Under the pieces are notes generated by a model. That model had not been told where the DNA came from and did no database searches. It saw nothing but the letters and a program-made list of their open reading frames with translations. Shown piece by piece: positions 1 through 10,160 of a stretch of DNA of 64,000 nucleotides (positions are counted from its first letter, which is position 1; each line of letters begins with the position of its first letter). This DNA comes from Chiloscyllium plagiosum (Eukaryota). Position numbers and translations under genes: made by a program. Where the stretch lies: positions 31,929,339 to 31,993,338 of the forward strand of contig NC_057720.1 of NCBI RefSeq assembly GCF_004010195.1. The letters run 5' to 3'.

Positions 1-162
1 TCCGACGCCCCTCCCCAAGTCCCTCCTCCCTATCTTTTATCTTAGCCTGCTGGACCAACTTTCCTCATTCCTGAAGAAGGGCTAATGCCCGAAACGTCGA
101 TTCTCCTGTTCCCTAGATGCTGCCTGACCTGCTGCGCTTTTCCAGCAACACATTTCCATCTC
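1..162 (+). mobile_element. 3' terminus (pLTR) of a Penelope-like element, family A, with hammerhead core
   Basis: Same sequence (cattcCTGAAGAAGGGC..GCCCGAAACGTCGATT..gatgctgcctgacctgctg) as the end of the GIY-YIG PLE at 21541-21677. Confidence 0.8.
71..98 (+). ncRNA. Minimal hammerhead ribozyme motif (type I, PLE-associated)
   Basis: CUGAAGA-A-GGGC/UAAU/GCCC-GAAA-CGUC; intact catalytic core, 4-bp stem II, palindromic ACGU instead of stem III. Confidence 0.75.
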
Positions 163-164
163 CT

Positions 165-770
165 AAAATACTGAAGCAATCAATGTTCAAATGCAACAAG
201 ATCTGGACAATATCCAGGTTTGGGCTGACAAGTGGCAAGTAACATTCACACCACACAAATGTTAGGCTATGACCATCACCAATGAGAGATAATCTAACCA
301 CCACCTCTCAACATTCAATGGTGTTACCATCACTGAATCCCTTACTATCAGCATCATTGAGGTTGCCATTGACCAAAAACTCAACTGGACTCACCACATA
401 AACACAATGGCAACAAGAGCAGGTCAGATGCTAGGAATATGGCAGTGATTAACTCACTGCTTGATTTCCCAAAGTCTGTCCACCATCAACAAGGCACAAG
501 TCAGGAGTGCGATGGAATATTCCTCACTTGCCTGCATGGGTGCAGCACCAGCCACACTTACAAAGCTTGACACTATCCAGTACAAAATAGTACGCTTGAT
601 TGCATCACATCCACAAATATCCGCTCCCTTTAACGCCAATGCTCAGTAGCAGCAGTATGTACTATTGACGAGGTTCCCTGCAGAAATTCACCAAAGATTC
701 CTAGACAGCACCTACGAAACCCACAACAACATCCAGCTAGAAGCACAAGGGAAGACATACATGGGAACAC
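165..770 (+). mobile_element. Decayed CR1/L2-group LINE, RT C-terminal region
   Basis: Frames give QQDLDNIQVWADKWQVTFTPHKC, IDQKLNWTHHINTMATRAGQ, KAQVRSAMEYSS, typical of the C-terminal half of CR1-group RT; stops and frameshifts present. Confidence 0.75.
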
Positions 771-1470
771 CTTCATTTAAAAAAAAATGGAGGAAAAGCA
801 TTGAACTAATGTTGTTTCATTTTGTATTGCATGTTGTTTATTTGTAAAATGTTTGCTATGTCTCAGGAGTTTCAGCTAGTGAAATAGGTTAACATATATT
901 CCTTAAACCTCTTGGAATAGATTTGAGTCTGGCAGAGAATGGTGAGATGGTGTTTTAAAGGATCCTCTGTGAAATGGGGTACATCAACCCACTTCCAATG
1001 TAACAAATATTCACACAGGGCTTTGTTCCTTACAGACAAAAGAGTTGTGTCCCCACATTGCATCTTTTCTTTAAATTATAGACTTTGGAGATGGCCAATC
1101 TCTGCAGCATTCCCATGGCAATGCCTAGGTCACTTGGAATGGCCTGCCTCTTTTGAATTTAATCAGTTAACTAAGTCACTTGGCAGTTCCTGTAGTATCT
1201 CCACGCCAATCATATTTCCCAGTAAGCAGCACCCTGTTCCTACAACATGTAAATTATTGCTTTCTTCCAGAATAGTTTTTTTTTTCCATTTTAGACAGTT
1301 GAATGCAAGATAAAATGTTTTGATTTCAAGTCTCTTTTTAGAAGAGTTTAAATTTTTTTGCAAATTACCAAGTCCATAAAGTGTTTAGTATGGGAATTGG
1401 AAAGAAAATGTTTTTATCATGTAATCTGTGAGTAATATTTCCCTGTATAAGGCGATGCTACATTGATCAT

Positions 1471-1673
1471 AAAAACACACAACACCAGGTTATAATCCAA
1501 CAGGTTTAATTGGAAGCACACTAGCTTTCGGAGCGACGCTCCTTCATCAGGTGATAGTTCAGAGTGTCGCTCCGAAAGCTAGTGTGCTTCCAATTAAACC
1601 TGTTGGACTATAACCTGGTGTTGTGTGATTTTTAACTTTGTACACCCCAGTCCAACACCGGCATCTTCAAATC
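1471..1673. mobile_element. Fold-back non-autonomous element, family B, with hammerhead on minus strand
   Basis: Inverted arms ~1476-1540 and ~1562-1627 plus a ~45-nt one-sided tail; flanked by ttgatcataaaa / ttgatcagaaaa. Confidence 0.75.
1519..1553 (-). ncRNA. Minimal hammerhead ribozyme motif, family B
   Basis: CAC-CUGAUGA-A-GGAGC/GUC/GCUCC-GAAA-GCUA-GUG; stem I CAC/GUG, 5-bp stem II, palindromic AGCU. Confidence 0.75.
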
Positions 1674-2347
1674 TTGATCAGAAAAGACATGGTTAGCCCA
1701 TACTTGTCTCTTAAGAGGCAAAGTTCACCATTTACATAGTTAAGCAACAAACAAGGCGCCAGATAATATCAAGCTAAAAGAAAAGGCTTATACAAATGCA
1801 ATGAATGATATAAATCCTGCAGACTGGGAGGGTTATAAATAGCACAAAGTGAATAGATAACTTTGTTTGCATTCTTCACAATTTATGAAAAAACTTCAAA
1901 GGGATATTAAAGTTAATGACAAATGTTTAATAAATATTTTAACAGAAGGAGAGTGCGAAAACAGAATGTGGCTCATGAGGACAAATGCTGATGGAATACA
2001 ATATACAGTGAGATTTTGTCAGACCTATTAAGTGAGTACTTTACATCCAGTTTCATAGATGAGGGAGAAGAAAGTTGAAATATTTTCATAATGTTGAGAC
2101 TGGAGCTGTGAAGGAGAATAAAGGAATGCAGAATATAGCCTTTCTTTTAGAGGTTTATAGAAACAAGAATAGGGTAAATAGACAAGGTCTTTTCCCTGTG
2201 TTAGGGGAGTCCAGAACTAGAAGGCATAGGTTTCGGGTGAGAGGGGAAAGATTTAAAAGGGTGGTGTGTGTATGGAATGAGCTCCCAGAGGAAGTGGTGG
2301 AGGCTGATACTATTACAACATTGAAAACTCATCTGGATGGGGATTTG

Positions 2348-2487
2348 AATAGATTAGGTTCCCGACTGTGTGGAAACAGACCCTTCAGCCCAACAAGTCC
2401 ACACCGACCCTCCAAGGAGTAACCCACCTCGACACATTTCCCTCTGACTAATGCACCTAACATTATGGGCAATTTAGCATGGCCAAT
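2348..2487 (-). mobile_element. HE1-type SINE, 3' part only
   Basis: Matches the 3' half of the other HE1 copies. Confidence 0.8.
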
Positions 2488-2811
2488 TTAGATTAGATTA
2501 GATTAGATTACATTACAGTGTGGAAACAGGCCCTTCGGCCCAACAAGTCCACACCGACCCGCCGAAGCGAAACCCTCCCATACCCCTACATTTACCCCTT
2601 ACCTAACACTACGGGCAATTTAGCATGGCCAATTCACCTGACCCTGCACATCTTTGTGACTGTGGGAGGAAACCGGAGCACCCGGAGGAAACCCACGCAG
2701 ACACAGGGAGAATGTGCAAACTCCACACAGACAGTAGCCCCAGGCTGAAATTGAACCTGGGTCCCTGGCACTGTGAGGCAGCAGTGCTAACCACTGAGCC
2801 ACCGTGCCGCC
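2488..2811 (-). mobile_element. HE1-type V-SINE, full length
   Basis: tRNA-like head with A/B boxes, V-domain (gtgtggagtttgca..ggtttcctcccaca), CR1-like tail, (AATCT)n end. Confidence 0.9.
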
Positions 2812-2974
2812 AAATAGGAAAGGTTTGGAGGGATATGGAACAACTGCTAGCAAATGGGACTGGATTAATTTAGGATATCTGGTCAGCATGGATGAGTTGT
2901 ACCAAAGGATCTGTTTCCATGCTGTACATCTCTATGACTCTATGACAGTAAAAGCTAGTGCTGAGATTAAAAAA

Positions 2975-5056
2975 AAGATCAGCAGCAGAGAACAACGGGA
3001 GCTGGGCGGAAGTGAGGTCGGAGCACAGAGGCTGTTGGGAAGGTTAGTGAGTTCTATTTAAGTAGGTATGTTCTAGGCCCCATTCCTACACAACGGGTCC
3101 TCCCTACCGCCCTCCTCCTCTGACCTAATTTAAGAGTCCATAGACTTGCAGCAAAAAAAAGGGCGTCGAGGGAAGTGTCTGGCGAGAAAAGTGCGAGTCT
3201 GGCTCAGGAGTCTTCAGTGAAGAGGCTGAGTGAGGAGATTATGCCACACTTGAAGAGGGTGAAGACGTGACTGCCAAGCTGATTCAGTGTGCTGCGTGCA
3301 CGATATGGGAGATCAGGGACACTGATGGTATCTCTGGCTCCTAAAGCTGTGAAAAGTGTGTACACATTCAACTTCTGAAGGGGCACATTGCAGCACTGAA
3401 GAAAGAACTAGATGACCTCAAGCTCATCTGAGAGAACGAGAATTTTCTGGACCGGACCTTCAGCGAGGTCATTACGCCGAGCATACCAGAAAAAAGTAGA
3501 AGTGAGATGATGATGAGGAAGGAAGAGATGATTCAAGTACAAGAGACCCTGGGGGAAGTACGTCTTGTGAGCAGTTTGAATTTCTTGGAAACTGTTGAGA
3601 CAGACGACACTGCCAGTCCAAGAGGCGGACAGGTCAACCATTCGAAAATTGGCCTGGAGGCAGAGCCAAGGAGTCAGACATCATGCAGAGTCGTGGTAAT
3701 AGGGGACTCCATAATGCGAGGGAATGAAAGGGGTTTCTGCGGCAATGGGCAGGATTTGAGGATGGTATGTTGTTTTCCTGGTGCAAGGATCCAGGACATC
3801 ACCGACAGAGTACAAGGACGAAGATGAAGAGCCAGAGGTGGTGGTGCATGTTGGTACAAATGATGTTGGGAAGTAGAGGAGGAACATTCTACAGCGGGAC
3901 TTCAGAAAACCCACAAGAAGGCTGAAAAGCAGGACTTCCAGGGTGGTTATCTCCAGTTTGCTGCCAGTCCCTCGGGCTGGAGAGGGCAGGAACAGACAGA
4001 TAATGGACTTGAATGTGTGCCTGAGGAACTGGTGCAGGAAGCAAGGATTTAAATTCTTGGATCACTGGAGTATATTTTGCGGTAAGGATAAATTATACAA
4101 CAGGGATGGGTTGCACCTTTATAGGTGGAGGACCAGCATTCTGTCAGGCAGGTTTGCTACTGCAACACAGGTGTGTTTAAACTAAGAAGTGGGGGGAAGG
4201 GACAATCTGAAAATTTAAAAAGGAAGTTAAAGGGAAAGTGAGAATAAGAGAACTTAAGGAAAACAACAGAATCATTGGAGCAGAAAACTCAAGAAGGGTT
4301 CATACAGTATGGTCAAGTGAAATAGGGATTGGTCGGAAGGGTGAGGAGGGTAACAAATTAAAAATATTATATGTGATTGCATGAAGCATAAGAAATAAGG
4401 TGGATGAGCTTGAGGCTCAGTTGGAAATTGGCAGGTACAATGTTGTGGGGATAACTGAGATGTGGTTTCAAGTGGACAGGGCCTGGGAAATGAATATTCA
4501 GGGCTATACGTGCTATTGATAGGACATACTGACGGGCAGAGGGAGTGGGATGGCCTGTTGGTGAGGAATGATAATCAGTCCCTTGCGAGGGGGGACATAG
4601 AAACATGAGATGTAGAGTCAGTATGGATAGAGCTGAGAAATTCTAAGGGTAGAAAGACTCTAATGGGAGTTATCTATAGGCCCCCAAACAGTAGGGAGTG
4701 AGTTGAATAAGGAGTTGAAATTGGCCTGTCGCAAAGGTAGTACTACAGTTATTATGGGGAATTTCAACATGCAGGTAGACTGGGAGAATCAGGATGGTTC
4801 TGGACCCCAAGAAAGGGAGTGCCTCCCAGATGGATTCTTAGAACAGCTTGTACTGGAGCCTACCAGGGAAAAGGCAGTTTTGGATCTGGTCTTGTGCAAT
4901 GAACCAGATTTGATCAGGGACCTCGAAGTAAAGGAGACATTAGATGGTAGTGACCATAATATGATAAGTTTTAATCTGCACTTTGAGAGGGAGAAGGGAG
5001 AATTGGAAGTGTCAGCATTGCAGTTGAACAAAGGGAACTATGGAGGTATGAGGGAA
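2975..5056 (+). mobile_element. CR1 LINE 5' portion: ORF1 (Cys motif plus SGNH esterase-like) and ORF2 AP endonuclease, decayed
   Basis: CAACTIWE..CEKC; VVIGDSIMRG, VVVHVGTND, DGLHL; then VGITEMW, GNFN, LDLVLCN, SDHNMISF; many stops and frameshifts. Confidence 0.85.
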
Positions 5057-6186
5057 AACACCAGATGGCCCCCTTCTTTAGAGACCGCAATTTCCCTTCC
5101 CATGTGGTTTCCCTTCCCTCCAAAGCATCTCATCCACATCCCGCCCCCCCGCCCTCAAACCCCACCCCTCCAATCGTAACAAAGACAGAACACCCCTGGT
5201 CCTCACTTTCCACCCTACCAACCTTCGCATAATCCACATCATCCGCTGACATTTCCACCACCTCCAAACAGACCCCGCCACCAGGGATATATTTTGCTCC
5301 CCACCCCTTTCCGCTTTCCACCAAGACCGTTCCCTCCGGACTACCTGGTCAGATCCATGCCCCCCCAACAAACCACCCTCCCCTGCCACTGCAGGAATTG
5401 CAAAACCTGCGCCCACACCTCCTCTCTCACCTCCATCCAAGGTCCCAAAGGAGCCTTCCACATCCATCAAAGTTTTACCTTCACGTCCATCAATATCATT
5501 TATTGTATCCGTTGCTCCCGATGCGATCTCCTATACATTGGGGAGACTGGATGCCTCCTTGCAGAGTGCTTTAGGGAACATCTCTGGGACACCCGCATCT
5601 GCCATGCATCCGTCCACTCACCTAGCCTGTCCAAGTCACCCTGTGGGTGGCACGGTGGCACAGTGGTTAGCACTGTTGCCTCACAGCGCCAGAGACCCGG
5701 GTTCAATTCATGCCTCAGGCGACTGACTGTGTGAAGTTTGCATGTTCTCCCCGTGTCTGCATGAGTTTCTTCCGGGTGCTCCGGTTTCCTCCCACAGTCC
5801 AAAGATGTGCAGGTCAGGTGAATTGGCCATGCTAAATTGCCCGTAGTGTTAGGTGTAGGGGTATGGGTGGGTTGTGCTTCAGCGGGTCGGTGTGGACTTG
5901 TTGGGCCGAAGGGCCTGTTTTCACACTGTAATGTAATCTAATCTAATCAACCCCATCGCCCCGTGGCCCAACATTTCAACTTCGCCTCCCATTCTACCGA
6001 GGACATGCAGGTCCTGGGCCTCCTCCACTGCTGCTCCCTCACCACCCGATGCCTGGAGGAAGAATCTTCCGCCTCGGAACACTTCAACCCCAGGGCATCA
6101 ATGTGGACTTCACCAGTTTCCTCATTTTCCCCTCCCCCCACCTTATCCCAGTTCCAAACTTCCAGCTCAGCACTGTCCTCTCCCAA
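5057..6186 (+). mobile_element. Penelope-like element (Neptune-like) RT C-terminus/linker and GIY-YIG endonuclease remnant, inserted in CR1
   Basis: PLVLTFHP, PCHCRNCKTCAH Cys linker, NIIYCIRCSRCDLLYIGETG, FREH, HFN, IFRLGTLQPQGINVDF; ends at an N gap. Confidence 0.85.
5643..5948 (+). mobile_element. HE1-type V-SINE inserted in the PLE
   Basis: tggcacagtggttagc A box, ggttcaatt B box, V-domain, (AATCT)n tail. Confidence 0.9.
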
Positions 6187-6194
6187 NNNNNNNN

Positions 6195-7880
6195 AGAGAG
6201 AAAACAGGAAACTATAGGCCAGTTAGCCTGACGTCAGTGGGCGGAAAGATGCTGAAGTCAATTAGAAAAGATGAAATTATGACTCATTTGGATAGCAGTA
6301 GCAGGATAGGTCAGAGTCGGCATGGATTTACGAAAGGCAAATCACGCTTGACTAATCTTCTGGAATTTTTTGAGGATGTAACTATGAAGATGGACAAGGG
6401 AGAGCCAGTGGATGTAGTGTACCTGGACTTTCAGAAAGCCTTTGATTAAGTCCCACATAGGAGATTACTGAGCAAATTTAGGGCATATGGTATTGGGGGC
6501 AAAATACTGACTTGGTTTGAAAATTGGTTGACTAACAGGAAGCAAAGAGTAGTGATAAATGGGTCCCTTTCGGAATGGCAGGTGGTGACCAGTGGGGTAT
6601 CACAAGATTCGGTGTTGCGACCACAATTGTTTATAATATGCATTAATGATATAGATGAAGGCATTAAAAGTGATATCAGCAAATTTGTTGATAACACAAG
6701 GTTGGGTGGCAGGGTGAAATGTGAGGAGGATGTTATGAGAACACAGGGTGACTTGGACAGGCGAGGTGAGTGGCAGATGCAGTTTAGTGTGAATAAATGT
6801 GTGGTTATTCATTTTGGTGGCAAGAACAGGAAGGCAGATTGCTGTCTAAATGAAGTCAAGTTAGGAAAAGGGGAAATACAACGAGATCTAGGTGTTCTTG
6901 TACATCAGTCATTGAAAGCAAGCATGCAGGTACAGCAGGCAGTGAAGAAAGCTAATGGCATTCTGGCCTTCTTAACAAGAGGAATTGAGAATAGGAGCAA
7001 AGAAGTCCTTCTGCAGCTGTACAGGGCCCTGGTGAGACTGCACCTTTGTGTGCAGTTTTGGTCTCCAAATTTGAGGAAGGACATTCTGGCTATTGAGAGA
7101 GTACAGCGTAGGCTCACAAGGTCAATTCCTGGAATGGCGGGACTATCATATGTTGAAAGATTGGAGTGACTGGACTTGTATACACTTGAGTTTAGAAGGA
7201 TGAGAGGGAATCTGATCAAGACATATAAGATTATTAAAGGATTGGGCACTCTTGAAGCAGTAAGCATGTTTCTGCTAATGGGTGAGTACAGAACCAGAAG
7301 ACACAGTTTAAAAATAAGGGATAGGCCGTTTAGAACAGAGTTGAGGAGAAACTTATTCGCCCAGAGAGTGGTAGATATTTGGAATGCTCTTCCCCAGAAG
7401 GCAATGGAGGCTAGGTAGATTAGTAGATTAGATTAGATTAGTAGATTAGATTACATTACAGTGTGGAAACAGGCCCTTCGGCCCAACAAGTCCACACCGA
7501 CCCGCTGAAGCGCAACCCACCCATACCCCTGCATTTACCCCTTACCTAACACTACGGTGTAATTTAGCATGGCCAATTCACCTGACCTGCACATCTTTGG
7601 ACTGTGGGAGGAAACCGGAGCACGGGAGGAAACCCACGCAGACACGGGGAGAATGTGCAAACTCCACACAGTCAGTCGCCTGAGGCGGGAATTGAACCCG
7701 GGTCTCTAGATACTTTCAAGAAAGAGATGGATAGAGCTCTTAAAGATGGTGAAATCAAGGTTATGGGGATAAGGCAGGAACAGGATACTGATTGTGGATG
7801 ATCAGCCATGATCATAATGAATGGTGGTGCTGGCTCGAAGGACTGAATGGCCTATTCCTGCACCTATTGTCTATTGTCTA
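6195..7880 (+). mobile_element. CR1 LINE RT domain and 3' end, decayed
   Basis: NYRPVSLTS, HGFTKGKSRLTNLLEFFE, VYLDFQKAFD, SGVSQDSVL, KFVDNT, LYRALVR, WNALP; (ctattgt)n tail. Confidence 0.9.
7417..7704 (-). mobile_element. HE1-type V-SINE, 5' truncated, inside CR1
   Basis: (AGATT)n, CR1-like tail and V-domain in reverse orientation. Confidence 0.9.
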
Positions 7881-7894
7881 ATAATTGTAAAATT

Positions 7895-8328
7895 AGAGTT
7901 TTCTTTACAGAAAAGATATCCCTTATTAGTGTTACAACACACTTGAAACCCCTATACTTCACTTATACTACATTCTGTGCAGAATTTCAAGGTGGAATTT
8001 TTTGTTTCATTGAGCAGTATGGGCAATGGCAAGAAATGTGGGAAAAATACAGTAATGGAAAAATCAGATTCTGAATATTCAAATTCTGAATAATGTCTGA
8101 GTTTCTTCCCTAAGGGTTTAAATGCTGAATTCTAGCTGTAGCTAATGAGCAGAGATGACCTTCTCCCAAGCATTGTTGTATGAGGAAGCTCACCTATTTT
8201 CTGTGCTGCTCTCAATTCTCCTCTCTTCTCTGAAAAAAATGAATGGTGCTGATTCCCGAATGAAAGTCAGGGCACTTACTTCATAGAACATAGAACAATA
8301 CAGCACAGTACAGGGCCTTCAGCCCTCG
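7895..8328. repeat. Local direct duplication, copy 1 (copy 2 at ~9715-10160)
   Basis: Colinear high-identity match, e.g. gaatttcaaggtggaatttt..aaagtcagggcacttac plus the first ~45 nt of a minus-strand CR1 tail. Confidence 0.9.
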
Positions 8329-9549
8329 TAAAACCATGAAACACTTGTTTCACATAAAACCGTGAGAATCTGGAACTCACTCCCTCAAAAGGCTGTTGGG
8401 CTAGTTGAAATATTTCTCAACCATTTCATGACATGCTGTTTAGGCGGATGGTATTTATCCTTCTTTATTATACAGCAAATGATCTGAACACTTTCTCTAT
8501 ATCCATATTATTTTCTCACTTTCAAGGATTAGCAGAAAAACATGGAAGATTGTAATCAGCAACATAGAAAGATTGCCAAAAAACATACAGGAAAAGCTGA
8601 ACTGTGACATGGAAGTAATTGATCAGTAAGTCTTTTGTTTAAACAAAAAGGACTGAACTTGATTAAAGCAGCAAAAGCACCTCCTAATTTCTCCCTTCTC
8701 CCCCCCCCCCCCCACCCACTCCTACTCCAGCAAACACACACATATACATACATAGAAGTAAATTGTAGATTTAATTATTCTGCAATTGGCAGCATGTAAT
8801 TTTGATAATTCTGGAGACCTGAATTGCTGTCAAAATGATGTCACACTAATTACAGTCTCTGGATTAACATAGAACTGTGTTTACTGTGACTTGCTTTCAG
8901 ATGCTGTTGAGAACACTTATATAAAGGGTTTTGGTGATTTTACCCTGGGATGAAAGTGCAGTTATATGCTGGGACTATAACTATGCCATAGTGATGGTTC
9001 TGTTACAGGTTTTGACTTTGCATTAGATAGACTTCCACGTTCAGTATATCAGTGGTCTTTCACATAAATGGACATCAAATCCCTTACAACTAGGAACTTA
9101 CCTAGGCTGCTAATATCTAAATATACTATGTGATAATCAAAGGATGGGAACAATGAATCCTCATGTTGTATGAGCCAATTCTCGTAATCAACAACTTTCT
9201 GTAGTTATATTCATTTTATCGTCTAGTCCATGGGTTAATACATGCAAATGAATATAAGCTCATCATAAAATTCTGCCCCGATAGCTAATGGTTTTAGTTT
9301 GATTTGTTTTGCATATGGTATGTGAAAGAAAATTACATCAACTGTGAGCATTAATCAATCTAGTAATTATCCTTTTAACATAAAATGATAGAGGACAGTG
9401 TTTTTAGTCACTTGCTAAACAAAGATGTTACCATCCCCATAGACTGATAACTTTAGAAAAAAGATTACAATTTCCAGTGAACAATTTAAAGGGAATACGC
9501 AAGATTCCAAGTTTTAAGACTTCTAATGTACCAAACATACTAAAATCAA

Positions 9550-9722
9550 CATCAGCTAAGGCTGCAGATGCTGTAAAATAGAAATTGCTGGTGAATGACA
9601 ATAGGTCTGGCAGCATCTGTGGGACGCAACCGGAGTTAATATTTTCTCAAAACGTTAAGAATGCTTTCTTCCCACAAATGTTGGCAGATCTGCTGGGTTT
9701 TACCAGCAATTTCTGTTTTTCT
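9550..9722. mobile_element. Fold-back PLE-derived element, family C (degenerate, core deleted)
   Basis: gaaattgctgg..ggtctggcagcatctgtgg and its inverted copy ending ccagcaatttctg. Confidence 0.65.
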
Positions 9723-10160
9723 TACAGAAAAAACATCTCTTATTAGTGTTGCAATATACTTCAAAACCCTATACACTGTACTGCATTTATACTTTACGCT
9801 CTCTGCAGAATTTCATGGAGGAATTTTCTGTTTCATTGAGCAGTATGGGCCACGGCAAGAAATGTGGGAAAATGCAGTAATGGAAAAATCAGATTCTGAA
9901 TATTCAAATTCTGAATGATGTCTCATTTTCTTCCCTAAGGGGTTAAATGCTGAATTCTGGCTGTAGCTAATGAGCAGAGATGACCTTCTCCCAAGTATTG
10001 TTGTATGAGGAAGCTCACCTCTTTTCTGTACAGCTCTCAATTCTCCTCTCTTCTCCTTTCCTCCTGAAAAAATGGATAGTGCCAATTCCTGAAATGAAAG
10101 TCAGGGCACTTACCTCATAAAGCATAGAACAGTGCAGCACAGTACGTGAATTCAGTCCTT
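9715..10160. repeat. Local direct duplication, copy 2
   Basis: Colinear with 7895-8328. Confidence 0.9.

Larger units (their letters stand above)
2148..2947 (+). mobile_element. CR1 LINE 3' end, interrupted by HE1 SINEs (2348-2811)
   Basis: LFPVLGESRTRRHRFRVRGERF..WNELPEEVVEA; resumes at 2813 and ends in a ctctatgactctatga tail. Confidence 0.85.

Noticed and set aside
872..1363. Minus-strand ORFs 872-1063 and 1163-1363 as exons
   Set aside because: Interrupted by stops, no convincing splice sites, no recognisable homology
6528..7169. 213-aa RT ORF as an active retrotransposon
   Set aside because: Catalytic motif degraded (FVDN instead of FADD) and flanking frames broken
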